The notes below the pieces were generated by a model. It was not told the origin of the DNA. It was given only the letters and a program-made list of their open reading frames with translations, and did not search any database. From NCBI GenBank assembly GCA_963677485.1, contig OY781964.1, positions 2,656,001 through 2,720,000 of the forward strand: a stretch of DNA of 64,000 nucleotides, read 5' to 3'. The translations under genes were made by a program, and so were the position numbers. Positions within the stretch are counted from its first letter, which is position 1, and the number at the start of each line of letters is the position of its first letter. Positions 10,560 to 21,100 of this stretch are shown in pieces. The DNA is from Armatimonadota bacterium. Its GTDB lineage: Bacteria; Armatimonadota; HRBIN16.

Positions 10560-11000
10560 ATGAACTGGTATCTTCAAGCATTCAAAAAGTATGCCTATTT
10601 CGCAGGCCGCTCACGCCGGTCCGAGTTTTGGTTTTACGCCCTCTACAACATTCTGGTGCTGATTGGCTTCAAGCTGGCCTATGCGATCGCAGTGGGAGTG
10701 GGCTCATCTGCCATGAAGCATAAATCACCAGAGGGAATCCCGCCAATGCAGGGCGTCGGCGCCATCGCGCTGGCTGTGGTGATCTGTCTGGCGTTTGCAC
10801 TCTATGTGGTGGGCGTGATCATCCCGTCGCTGGCGGTGATCATCCGTCGGCTGCATGATTCTGGACGCCGTTCGTGGTGGCTGCTGCTGGCCGTGGTTCC
10901 GGTGTTCGGGTTGATCGTGCTGCTGATATTCATGCTGCTGGGAAGCAAGCCCGTGGAGAACCGCTACGGCCCCAGCCCGAAGGTATTGCCAACAGCGTAG
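10560..11000 (+). CDS. DUF805 family membrane protein
   Basis: MNWY..AFKKYA.F.GRSRRSEFW, IRRLHDSGR, NRYGP; RBS aaggag. Confidence 0.9.
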   Translation: MNWYLQAFKKYAYFAGRSRRSEFWFYALYNILVLIGFKLAYAIAVGVGSSAMKHKSPEGIPPMQGVGAIALAVVICLAFALYVVGVIIPSLAVIIRRLHDSGRRSWWLLLAVVPVFGLIVLLIFMLLGSKPVENRYGPSPKVLPTA

Positions 11001-11047
11001 CAACACTGCGGTTCTGGGTGAATCACTGCTTCACGAGATAGTATGGG

Positions 11048-11085
11048 GTAAGGTGCTTGCATGTATGGTAGGCACCTTACCTTTT
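11048..11085 (+). terminator. Intrinsic terminator
   Basis: ggtaaggtgc...gcaccttacc followed by tttt. Confidence 0.7.
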
Positions 11086-11144
11086 CTGTTACACTGGCAA
11101 GTGGATTAGCGTTGACGGTTACACAACCACACTAAGGGGCAGGC

Positions 11145-11597
11145 ATGAACTGGTATATCAAGGTGTTGAAAAAGTACGCTGACTTCAATGGCCGGGCAAG
11201 CCGTGTTGAGTTCTGGTATTTCACGCTCATCAACCTGGTGGTCTTTGCATTTAACGAAATAATTGCTCTGACCGCTGCACAGAGCTTTTTCACCTCGATT
11301 TTCAATGTGATGACGATGGAAGGTAACAAAAGCCTTGATTTCTCAGGTTTCGGTCTCGCCGTCGGAGCATTAGTGGGTCAAGCGATCTTGGGCATATACC
11401 TTCTGGCAATCCTAATTCCTTGGCTGGCTGTCACTATTCGTCGTCTTCAGGATACAGGACGTAGCGGCTTATACTGCCTGTTTCTGATGCTCCCAATTGT
11501 TGGTATTCTAGCGTTGATTGTGTTCCTTTGCGAAGACGGCCAGCCGATGGAAAACCAGTATGGCCCCAATCCGAAGGATTTGTTTGTGAGCGTGTAA
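11145..11597 (+). CDS. DUF805 family membrane protein (tandem paralog)
   Basis: MNWYIKVLKKYADFNGRASRVEFW, RRLQDTGRSG, NQYGPNP. Confidence 0.9.
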   Translation: MNWYIKVLKKYADFNGRASRVEFWYFTLINLVVFAFNEIIALTAAQSFFTSIFNVMTMEGNKSLDFSGFGLAVGALVGQAILGIYLLAILIPWLAVTIRRLQDTGRSGLYCLFLMLPIVGILALIVFLCEDGQPMENQYGPNPKDLFVSV

Positions 11598-11689
11598 GCG
11601 GGACGCTGCTAGCCGCACATAGGACAGATCGGGCCGAACCGCAGCCCAGTAGGGGCAGGCACAGGGGCCTGCCCCTTGTATGCTTATAG

Positions 11690-11891
11690 ATGGAGGTCCT
11701 CAGACCTTAACCCAAAACTTGAGGACCATCCTCACACCGGGACGCTGGGGTGAAAGAGAAGGGGTAGATGCCGTCGCGCCCCTTGTAGCTTTGACTACGC
11801 GACGTAGAATGGCACCCTTCTCTGCAATGACCTAACACGAACAGTATCATGGGCTAAAGCCCGCATTTACAAGGATGTCAAGGTTGATTGC
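11690..11891 (+). ncRNA. Predicted bridge RNA of IS110 element A (ends approximate)
   Basis: Two 5' hairpins, target-binding loop with guides cgcgcccct (11775-83) and gacgtag (11801-07), donor-binding loop with acagtatca (11841-49) and tacaag (11868-73); covaries with the element B RNA. Confidence 0.85.
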
Positions 11892-12443
11892 TTCACCTGT
11901 GTCCCTAACTAGGAGCATACCGGACTATGCAAATCAATGGCAACTCGTACAGCTACTACGCTGGGATCGACATATCTAAAGACACTTTCGACGTGTCGGT
12001 CGTTGATCAAGACGGCACCCATCTGATCCACAAGCAGTTTGTGAACAACCAGAAAGGCTTCAAAGAGCTGGTGTCACTCACCAGGAAGCAAGGCTGGATG
12101 CCTGTGTTATTCGCAATGGAAGGCACTGGCGGATGTGAGCAAAAGCTGCTTGACTACCTGTATAAGCATAAGCAGGCAGTCTCACGGCAAGAACCCTGTC
12201 GAATACACTATCATCGCCTCTCACAAGGATCTCGGCAAAAGACAGACTATGTAGACAGCCTGATCATTGCTGACTACGCACTAAAGAACCGCCTGCGGCT
12301 CTATGTCGCTAATCGGGTTACACTATACCAGCCCATTCGGCATGTGTGAGCCACCCATGTTCGGCATGACTATACCACTCTAGCCGTGTTTCGATGCCCC
12401 TGACCGCCTAAATGATAGACACAGTTTTATCAGGAGGGCATAC

Positions 12444-14003
12444 ATGGAAAGGCTAAGAATGCAGATCATAGAAGAGATCATATTCCGACTGCGGCGTGGG
12501 CAGTCCCAACGAGCGATTTCTCGTGACACGGGCTGCGCTCGTAACACCGTCAGCCAATACGCACAGTGGGCTTCTCGACTTGGATACCTGGCTCCAGATT
12601 CAGATATGCCGAGTATGGAGGCATTTCGTGACACCTTACCGCAGCGCAAACGACGCAGTAATGTGTCTAGTGCTGAACCATACCGCGAAATCATCGAGAC
12701 CTATCTCCAGACTCACATAGAGGCAGTGACCATCCACAACAACCTCAAACGACTATACGGGTTTACCGGTAGCTACTCTTCGGTTATTCGCTTCATTAAC
12801 GGACTGACCCCCAAAGAGCAGTTGGCCATTATACGTCTAGAGACAGACCCAGGAAAACAGGCCCAGGTTGACTTCGGATTTGTGGGGCAAATGAAGGACC
12901 CCGCAACAGGCAAGATGCGTTCAACGTATGCCTTCTTGATGACGCTATCACACTCTCGACATCAATATGTGGAGTTTGTATTCAATCAAAGGATACCCAC
13001 ATGGGTGAACTGCCATATCAACGCCTTTGAATTCTTCGGAGGCGTTCCAGAGGAACTTGTGATAGACAATCTAAAGTCAGCGGTTCTCAAAGCAGATATA
13101 TACGACCCTGTCATCTCGGAGCCGTATCGGCAACTGGCCTTGCACTACGACTTCCTCATTCATCCGTGTAGAGTGAGAACCCCGGAGCATAAAGGAAAAG
13201 TGGAAAACGGGGTTCATTACGTGCAGCGAAACTTCATTGCAGGCCGGGAGTTCATGGATATCGACGAAGCGAACCTGCTTGTGAAGACCTGGATCACCCA
13301 AGAGGCAGGTCTGCGTAACCATGGAACCACACATAAACAGCCATTGGCGCAGTTCAATCAGGTAGAGAAGAGCACGCTTAAGTCATTACCAGACACGGAA
13401 TTTGATCTCATTGAAGTTCGTAGTGCGAAAGTCCATCGGGACTGTCATGTTACAGTGTATGGTTCTTACTATTCCGTGCCCTACAGCTACATAGGCAGCC
13501 AAATGGACGTGCATCTGCACGAACGAGTGGTGCAGATATATGATAACGACCATAAACTAGTTGGAACACATCAAAGAGCGACACAACAAGGGCAGCGCAT
13601 TACCCGCATGACTGATTACCCAACACATAAAGTGGCCTATATGGTTCTTTCAATCGAGAATTGCCTGGAATTAGGGCATGACATCGGCCCCAGTTGTGTT
13701 ACGGTGCTTAATGCTTTGCTGGCTGACAGGCCTGTAGACCGAAGACAATCCGTGAAGAGGATCGTCCGGCTAGTTCAAACGTACAGCAGTAGTCGCCTGG
13801 AAGCGGCCTGCGCACGCTCTCTCTATTACCAAGATGGTAGTTACCAACGCATTGCTAAGATACTGAGGGCCGGTACAGATCACGAGCCAATGGGAATAAC
13901 ATCTTCTCTTCCCCCTAAAAAAGACTACCTCTTCGCTCGTAGTGCCGACGAATTCATTTTGGTCAGTAATGCTGACACCAATATGGAGGTAGAAGCGTGT
14001 TAA
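12444..14003 (+). CDS. istA: IS21 transposase
   Basis: N-terminal HTH, ETDPGKQAQVDFG, IDNLKS, KGKVEN (DDE), YSVP. Confidence 0.95.
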   Translation: MERLRMQIIEEIIFRLRRGQSQRAISRDTGCARNTVSQYAQWASRLGYLAPDSDMPSMEAFRDTLPQRKRRSNVSSAEPYREIIETYLQTHIEAVTIHNNLKRLYGFTGSYSSVIRFINGLTPKEQLAIIRLETDPGKQAQVDFGFVGQMKDPATGKMRSTYAFLMTLSHSRHQYVEFVFNQRIPTWVNCHINAFEFFGGVPEELVIDNLKSAVLKADIYDPVISEPYRQLALHYDFLIHPCRVRTPEHKGKVENGVHYVQRNFIAGREFMDIDEANLLVKTWITQEAGLRNHGTTHKQPLAQFNQVEKSTLKSLPDTEFDLIEVRSAKVHRDCHVTVYGSYYSVPYSYIGSQMDVHLHERVVQIYDNDHKLVGTHQRATQQGQRITRMTDYPTHKVAYMVLSIENCLELGHDIGPSCVTVLNALLADRPVDRRQSVKRIVRLVQTYSSSRLEAACARSLYYQDGSYQRIAKILRAGTDHEPMGITSSLPPKKDYLFARSADEFILVSNADTNMEVEAC

Positions 14004-14764
14004 CTCACACACTGCTACCCAAGCTCAGGCAACTCAGATGGTCTGGCATGGTTGATAGCCTCGAAGAGAGAGCGGAGCTAGCCCGTGAGCAAAAGCTCTC
14101 ACCAACGGAGTTCCTTGCGTTATTAGTAGATGATGAGCTTGAGCGACGCAGCCAAACTAAACAGGTAAAGATGGAGAAGGCGGCCTGTTTCGAGAACACG
14201 AAACTGCTGTCCCACTTCGACTTCAACGCTGTACCTACCCTTGATCGTTCGCTGGTAAGGGAGATGGCGACCTGCCAGTTAATCGCTCAACATGCCAACT
14301 GGCTGGTGTGTGGTCCCACTGGTGTGGGCAAGACACATCTAGCCACCGCCATAGGTTATGAGGCCATTAAGCGAAGCTACAGTGTTTATAACAGTTCTGT
14401 CCACAAGTTGCAACAGGAGATGTTTGCGGCCAGGGCAGACGATGCTTATACGCGGTTGATTAAGAAATTGGTCAACGTTGACCTCCTGATACTCGACGAC
14501 TTTGGTCTTCGCCCCATCACAATTCAGGGAGCGGAAGACCTCTACGAGATCATCCACCAGAGATACGAGAAGGGCAGTATTGTATTGACATCTAATCGGG
14601 CTCCCTCCGAATGGCCGGAGATGTTTGGCGACTCTCTTCTCGCTTCAGCTGCTATGGACAGATTGACTCACCATGCCCGGGTGACTGTTGTCACCGGTGA
14701 GAGCTATCGCCAAAGGCAGCGCAGAGGGGAGGTAAGCAAGCCGGATAATGCATCCGTAGAGTGA
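13997..14764 (+). CDS. istB: IS21 AAA+ helper ATPase
   Basis: GPTGVGKTHLA Walker A, LLILDDFG Walker B, TSN, DRLTHH; overlaps the istA stop. Confidence 0.95.
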   Translation: MLTHTLLPKLRQLRWSGMVDSLEERAELAREQKLSPTEFLALLVDDELERRSQTKQVKMEKAACFENTKLLSHFDFNAVPTLDRSLVREMATCQLIAQHANWLVCGPTGVGKTHLATAIGYEAIKRSYSVYNSSVHKLQQEMFAARADDAYTRLIKKLVNVDLLILDDFGLRPITIQGAEDLYEIIHQRYEKGSIVLTSNRAPSEWPEMFGDSLLASAAMDRLTHHARVTVVTGESYRQRQRRGEVSKPDNASVE

Positions 14765-16340
14765 GATACCGACGCATCCAACACTTACATTGGGCAATGA
14801 ACACGAACTAGTCAAGTGGTATACATATGCCGAACATGGGTGGTAGTAATAAGGTGACTATTGACAGCTCTACATTCCTAAAGGCGAAAGCTATCGGGCG
14901 CTGCAGGAGATCGGTCGCACACGGCGCATGCTGGTCAGACACCGGAACTCCCTGCAGCAGAGGCACTCTCACGCGCAGAACCTGCATGCCAAAGCGGTTC
15001 TTCAACGCAGCATAGATCACTGCACAGAGGATATCGATCTTTTGAACTCCGCGGCTGCTGAGATTATCGCCAGCAATGACAGGCTAGCGGAAGATTATCG
15101 CCTCCTGAACAGTATTCCGGGTGTAGGTGATATCACATCCAACTACTTTCTAGGGCTCATCGGTGATATATCTTGCTTTGCGACGTCTGCGAAGATAATC
15201 CGATTTGTGGGTATGAACCCATGCCCGCACCAGTCAGGAACCAGCATCGATTCCGAAAGCAGCATATCCAAAATGGGCGATCCCTACATGCGCTCCTTGT
15301 TATACACCAGTGCCATGGCTGTATTACATATGGTGGATCACAATTCGAAAGCACTCCATCCCAGCATGTATCGGTTCGTGGCCAAAATGCGGGAGAGATT
15401 CGGCCCGAGTTCTAGCAGGAAGGTCGTATGCGCGGTGATGCGCAAGCTGCTGATCTTGATGTGGGCTGTGTTGACCAGGCGTAAGGTTTACGATCCGTGC
15501 TACGGACTAGAGCCGCAGGATGCTCCGGCCAACCAGACACCGCAATCCGACGACACTGGCCTTGTCCAGTCTCGTGCCGAAGCGGCCTCAGATTTTGCCG
15601 GCGAAGGCAATGATGCTGGGCAGGACAGTGGCGTTCCAGGATTGGGATGTCTGGATGGATAGCCACCGTGTGGTTCATCCTTGGCCCCAAGTGGTTGAGC
15701 AGCATTCCAGAGCCGGCGAGTCAGCGGTAGAAAGATATGATCACCACTAGCTAGCTGCTCTTGATCTAGCCGCTAAAATTAACATCATTAGAACGTTATC
15801 TTTAAAGCCTCAAAGATGCGGGGTGGGCGTTCATCACTACGGATGACGGGCAACCCTTTGCATAACGGTGCATCTTCGCGTGGGACCGGCTTGTGCTATG
15901 AGCTTGGGTATACCTAAGGTCTATTTGCCACATTGCATAATATAAACGTTGTCCGCAGAACGTTATGGGCATAAATCTGGTATTTCGGACAAATACCAGA
16001 TTTCACCCTCGGAGGCCTTGACAAATAACACAGTATCTACGTCATGCGCCATGTCCTATCGCCCCCCCCAAATCTGCGCCATCTGCGTAATCTGTGGATT
16101 GAATCCCCCTCCAACAAGAATTGCATGGGGACCTGCCTGAGAAGCAATGGTGAAACTCCCGCCACAGAACGTAGCTCCGCTATAATAGAACTGACTAAAA
16201 GCCCAAACAAGCGCAAACAGCAAGCATAGCAACAACTTAGCCTTGAATAAGTCGCGGTGCGATGTGCCGCTGTATTATCAACTGCACCGCGACGGTAATG
16301 ACCAATGACCTTTACAGGAGCTGCGTAGCAACAGGAGATT

Positions 16341-17948
16341 ATGAAACACACATTACCAATTGTAGGAGCACTACTCATGGCGACTGCCGCGATGGCCCAA
16401 ACGCCTTTCAAAGTGGGCATCGAGCTGCCCACGATGCTGCCCGTTGACCCCGCGGTGGAGCTGATGCTGAAGGATGTGGGGGTGAACTACCTCAATTTCT
16501 TCGTGTACAACAACGGCGGTCCGACCGAGCAGGATGCCATGGCGGTGTATGATGCACAGGCGGCACTGGCGAAACGGCTGGGTGCGGAGTATCAACTGGC
16601 GTGCCATCATGTGGACATCCCCGAAGCGGTGGTGCGAAAGGCGGCTCAAGATCCGCTCTGTAATGGCGTGCTGATTGATGAGCTGGAGCACATCCGGCTG
16701 CTGTGGCGGCTGAACCCTCCGCCCGCAAAGCTTCTGGCTGATGTGAACAGCTTCAAAGACCTGTATGACGCTCACGACAAGGCGGCTGCCGGCTGGAAGC
16801 AGCTCGGTGACAAATACCGCAGTTGGGACATCAAGAACCTGAACAGCACGCATGTGTGGCCAGTGCTGCTATCGGTGGCGGCTGAGGGTGGATGGAACCC
16901 CACACCCAAGATATGCAAGGAATACTACTCGCCAGTGTCGCTGGCCATCGGTATGGGTGCGGCGCTGCAGTATGACAAGCAACTGATGGTGGATTGTGAC
17001 CTGTGGCTGTGGGACATGCTGCCGGGGCACTCCGCTGAGGAGTATCGCAGCAATCTGCTGCTGGCCTACTGGAGCGGGGCGGACGGCATCTACACCGAAG
17101 GCTCTGGATATAACCTGCTGCCGGCTGGCAGGCAGGGGTTGCCTCACAGCCTGATGCAGAAGATATCGGATACCGAGTATGCCTTGAGCCCTCACTGTGA
17201 GGTGCTGAGGTGGTTCATCAAGGACTATATCCCCACGCATCCGCGTCTGTGGAGCTTCCGCGATATCAAGCCGGATGTGGCGATCATCCGCTTTGACGAT
17301 AGCTGTTACGGTCAGCGCTACACCGGTATGCCTGACACGCTGTATGGCTCCGATAAGCTGCACAGCGATGCTGACACCGAGGCGGTTTTCCAGATGTGGA
17401 ATATGCTGACCGGAAGTCATTCCGGGCGTGACGGTATCGTGAGCGCTCAGCGTGTCACCCAGAATATGTATAACTACGAGCACAGCCCGCAGAATACCCG
17501 GCGCGACAGCTACCTGACCCGTCCGGTGATGGCGAACGCTCACAACTTCTTCGTGCCTCTGAACAATGTAGTGGTGTTCGACGACACGGTAGGTGCAGAG
17601 AAGCTGCGCGACATCCCCTGTCTGGTGTTATCAGGCAAGCGTATCAGCCCAAAAACCTGGCGGGCCGTTCAGGCGCGGGTGCGTCAGGGAGCGGTCTGTG
17701 TGATCTGGGCACCTCTGGCCGTCAAGCTGGGACTGAAGCCAACTGGTGACGTCACTGAGCTGCCGATGGGTAAGGGCAAGTTAGTCATCACCACCGACTT
17801 CGGCTTTCTGCCGGTCTTCAATGCCATGTGGCCTTATCTGGGCCATGGTGACCAAATTCGCTACCGCTTCACGCAAGGCGAAGTGGTGCTGAAGCAGGTC
17901 GACGCCAACAAGGTAGATGTGACCACCACGGTGTATCCTAAACCGTAG
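16341..17948 (+). CDS. Secreted putative glycoside hydrolase of unassigned family (paralog 1)
   Basis: Signal peptide, RBS aggag; GVLIDELEH, PKxxKE, DLW...PGHS motifs shared with 24987 and 22127. Confidence 0.6.
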   Translation: MKHTLPIVGALLMATAAMAQTPFKVGIELPTMLPVDPAVELMLKDVGVNYLNFFVYNNGGPTEQDAMAVYDAQAALAKRLGAEYQLACHHVDIPEAVVRKAAQDPLCNGVLIDELEHIRLLWRLNPPPAKLLADVNSFKDLYDAHDKAAAGWKQLGDKYRSWDIKNLNSTHVWPVLLSVAAEGGWNPTPKICKEYYSPVSLAIGMGAALQYDKQLMVDCDLWLWDMLPGHSAEEYRSNLLLAYWSGADGIYTEGSGYNLLPAGRQGLPHSLMQKISDTEYALSPHCEVLRWFIKDYIPTHPRLWSFRDIKPDVAIIRFDDSCYGQRYTGMPDTLYGSDKLHSDADTEAVFQMWNMLTGSHSGRDGIVSAQRVTQNMYNYEHSPQNTRRDSYLTRPVMANAHNFFVPLNNVVVFDDTVGAEKLRDIPCLVLSGKRISPKTWRAVQARVRQGAVCVIWAPLAVKLGLKPTGDVTELPMGKGKLVITTDFGFLPVFNAMWPYLGHGDQIRYRFTQGEVVLKQVDANKVDVTTTVYPKP

Positions 17949-17966
17949 GTCCAGGCCCTAGCAATC

Positions 17967-18103
17967 GTAGGGGCATCGCGTGCGGTGCCCAGGGAAGTCT
18001 GAACCACGGATTACACAGATTGGTCGGATTACACGGATGGGACCGTAGGGGAAGGCCCCTGTGCCTGCCCTGTGAATCGTAGGGTCATCGCGTGCGGTGC
18101 CCA
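17967..18103. repeat. Cluster of GTAG REP half-sites plus a 9-bp periodic module
   Basis: gtaggggcatcgcgtgcggtgccc, gtaggggaaggcccctgtgcctgccc, gtagggtcatcgcgtgcggtgccc; cacggattacacagat. Confidence 0.75.
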
Positions 18104-18140
18104 CGCATCCAACCATATCCGTTATTGTGATGGGGTGATC

Positions 18141-21100
18141 ATGAACAGGAACCCTCTGTATACCATCGTTGTTTTCTTGCTGCTGGCCGCATTATCACCA
18201 TCAGTTTGGGGTAGTGCCATGATCACCAAAACGGGTCATGATATTACGATCAAGGGCAGTCACTATCGTATGGTAGTTGACCTCGGCCACAAGGTCGCCA
18301 TCACATCGCTGATGACCGATGGCACCGAATGGCTGGCAGATGGTGCGTGCATTTACACGAGCATTAAAGTGGATGGGGTATGGGCTAACAGCCTGGTCTT
18401 AACCGACAACCCGAAGGTGAAGGTGTCGAAGCAGGGCGTGACCATCAGCTTCGAGACGCGGTATACGTCCGAGAGCTGGCAGATTGACTCCAACACCGAT
18501 CAGGTCAACATCGATTTTTCCCGTCGATTTAAAGGGGATGTGGTCGTCGACGAGCAAGGCTTCCCGATGATGAGCTTTGGGCAGGATGTGGTGGAGAACA
18601 TCCGCTGGCATAAATCGGGAAGCAACTTCTGGGTGGGCGGCAAGGCATCGGCGATGAAGAGCTTTCTGGCTGCAGGATCTGGTTATCTGGCAGGTAAGGA
18701 ACCCAACTCAAATATCCGACGGGCCATGGAGGACACCTCATTTACGCTGCTCACCGGCAGCACCGCTGGAGCAGCCCTGAAGGTCACCGGCAACACGAAC
18801 AGTGATTCACTCGATTTGGGTGCGGCTGTGGAAGCGGATCGTACGGTCGCAGTTAACAAGAAGAAGCTGTTAATGATGGCGTATGTCGTGTCAAGCCCTA
18901 AGGAACGGCTCCATTATGCGACCGGCACCGAGGATGGATCGCCGCTAGCAACCGTGAAAGAAGGACATGTCCGGCCCACAGGTAGCCCGATCTTCAAACC
19001 TGTTTCGGTCGCAGCCAACCAGACTGATACGGTCAGCCTTCGATTCGAACCCTCGGAATACAACAGATACTACGATCTTGGCACTCTTCGCGGAGTCGAC
19101 GAACGCCTACTCTCGGAGGCACTCAACAACTACGGCCGCATGATGGTGCTGGATTATAAATATGGCACCACGCAGGAAAATCCCAATCTGTTCTTCGAAG
19201 TGCCGGCATTTGAGCAGCACTGGAATACCGCGATGGGCTCGATCATGTGTGACGACGGCGTGATGGAGACGCTCAAGAACGGCCTGCGCAACATCAAGAA
19301 GGGGCCGCAAGCTGCTGACGGCCACATCATTAGTCCTTACATCTGGCAAACGGAAGGCGCGTCCTGGTATTCCGACTACGGCGACATGTGCCTGGGCTAC
19401 GTGCTGGGGATCGTGAATATCTTCAACCATACGAATGATTCCGCCTGGCCGAGAGAGATGCAGCAGTCTGCCCGTAAAGCCCTCGATTACGAATACAATG
19501 TGATGTTTGATCACCAAGCGAAGCTGATCAAGAACATGCACCCCCTCAATCCACGCCTACGAAAGTCTTATAACAACTACTGGGAAAAGTCAGAAGGGGC
19601 TTACGATGGTTATAACAGCGCACTCTATTATGAAACGCTCATGAAGTGGGCGGCAGTCGAACGGGTTGCGTTGAAGGACGCGGCACAAGCCGAGAAGTAT
19701 GAGACGATGGCGGCCGAGGTGAAAGACGCCCTTAATAAGCCAACCAGTGAGGGCGGAATGTGGAACGAAGAGCTGGGTGCGCTTATGTATGGATCAGGCA
19801 ATGTGCCTGCGGCCTACCTTCCACCTAATGCGACTGCGCTGCGGGCGGGTGCGTTGACCGATGAGCACGCGCGTCAAGTGGTCGACAAGATCGAGCGGGA
19901 CAACGCGAACCTGGGCATGAATTTCCACGTGATGAACGTGCGCGACCTTCGCGATGAGTCGGTGCCTGCCCCGCAGGATGATGACCCGTACAGCACGATG
20001 CTGGGCGAAAATGGCGGCTGGTATGGTGCTCCTGACGGGGACTTCTATGCTGGTTATCCGGCTTATGGCGATCGCAACAAGATACCCCATTTCATCGCTC
20101 ACTTTGGACAGTATTTTGACAAGACCGGCTTTATAGGTGCCACCACCTGGAAGCGCGACGGCGTCACCCCGCAGGATTACAACTGGCAGCAATGTATGCC
20201 TCATATGATTATGCCGATCTGGGGGCTTTATACCTACGCCTACGGCTTCCAACCTGAGGCTGGTCGGCTGGTGATCGCGCCATTCATCAGCGGAGGTATG
20301 GTGGGTTCTCAGGTGCTTTACCGCTGGGCGAAGCAAAACATGAAGTTGAAATACAACGGGCTGTATGCCTTCAAGTTGAGCACAGAGCATCTGCCAGGTG
20401 AGGTCGTCGTGCGCTTCATCAACCAGACCCCTTCGGCGGACTATCGGGTGCTAGTGGACAGCCGCACCGTCACATTGAAAGCGGATGCCAAGGGCTATGT
20501 GGATGTGACTGTCGACCAAGCAGGGACGCACCAGTATCGACTGATGAACCCAGAACCCGAAGTGCGTCCGACCAAAGGCAACATCGCGCTGCACAAACCC
20601 GTCACGGCCTCCTCAACCAAGGCGATGAACACTCAGACGATGCACTGGCCGGAGAAGATCACCGATGGTGACACGAGCACTGGGGCCTGGTTTGCCGCCG
20701 ATAACAAATTCCCCGCCTGGGTGATGATCGACCTCGGCCGGCGGGCAGCACCGGAGCAACTCAAGCTCTATTTCGGCCGGTCGGACAGATACAGTCTGAG
20801 AATAGAGGCCTCCAACAACCGAGACAGCAAGGCGTGGACGAAGATAGCGTCAGCGATCGATGCCTCGGCTGGCCCCGTTCACCCGCTCAGCTTGACACCA
20901 AAATCAGGCACATACCAATACTGGCGAGTGGTGTTCACAGCCACCGCTAGTCAGTTGAGGGCCAACCTCAGGGAGTGGGAAATCGGAGATGTGACCGCCG
21001 GTTCTCCGGCAGGCGCAAGCGAGGAGCTGGAGTATCAAGACACCTGCGGAGAAAATTATGCCCGCAAGGCTAAGGTTGAGGTATCATCCGAGGTCGATCC

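Larger units (their letters stand above)
12304..14866 (+). mobile_element. Complete IS21-family insertion sequence
   Basis: Starts TGTC, ends GACA; subterminal inverted repeats (ccacccatgttcggcat...tataccact); 6-bp TSD GCTCTA at 12298-12303 and 14867-14872. Confidence 0.95.
11927..15662 (+). pseudogene. IS110 DEDD recombinase split by IS21 (N-part 11927-12303, C-part 14873-15662)
   Basis: GIDISK, MEGTG, KTDYVD (DEDD) in the N-part; SIPGVG and PHQSGT in the C-part; removing IS21 and one TSD copy restores the frame NRLRLY|IPKGESY...RRMLVRHR. Confidence 0.92.
11675..16038 (+). mobile_element. IS110-family (IS621-like) element A, inserted in a REP and interrupted by IS21
   Basis: Left junction cctgccc-CT(11675-76)-tgtat; right junction acagtat-CT(16037-38)-acgtc; removal restores the REP gtaggggcaggcacaggggcctgcccctac. 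Confidence 0.9.

Noticed and set aside
11927-12349. Stand-alone 140-aa gene (and the separate 244-aa ORF at 14928)
   Set aside because: Both are halves of one IS110 recombinase split by IS21
15663-16038. IS1111-type arrangement with the guide RNA in the right end
   Set aside because: Guide matches lie in the left end and no subterminal inverted repeats flank the core
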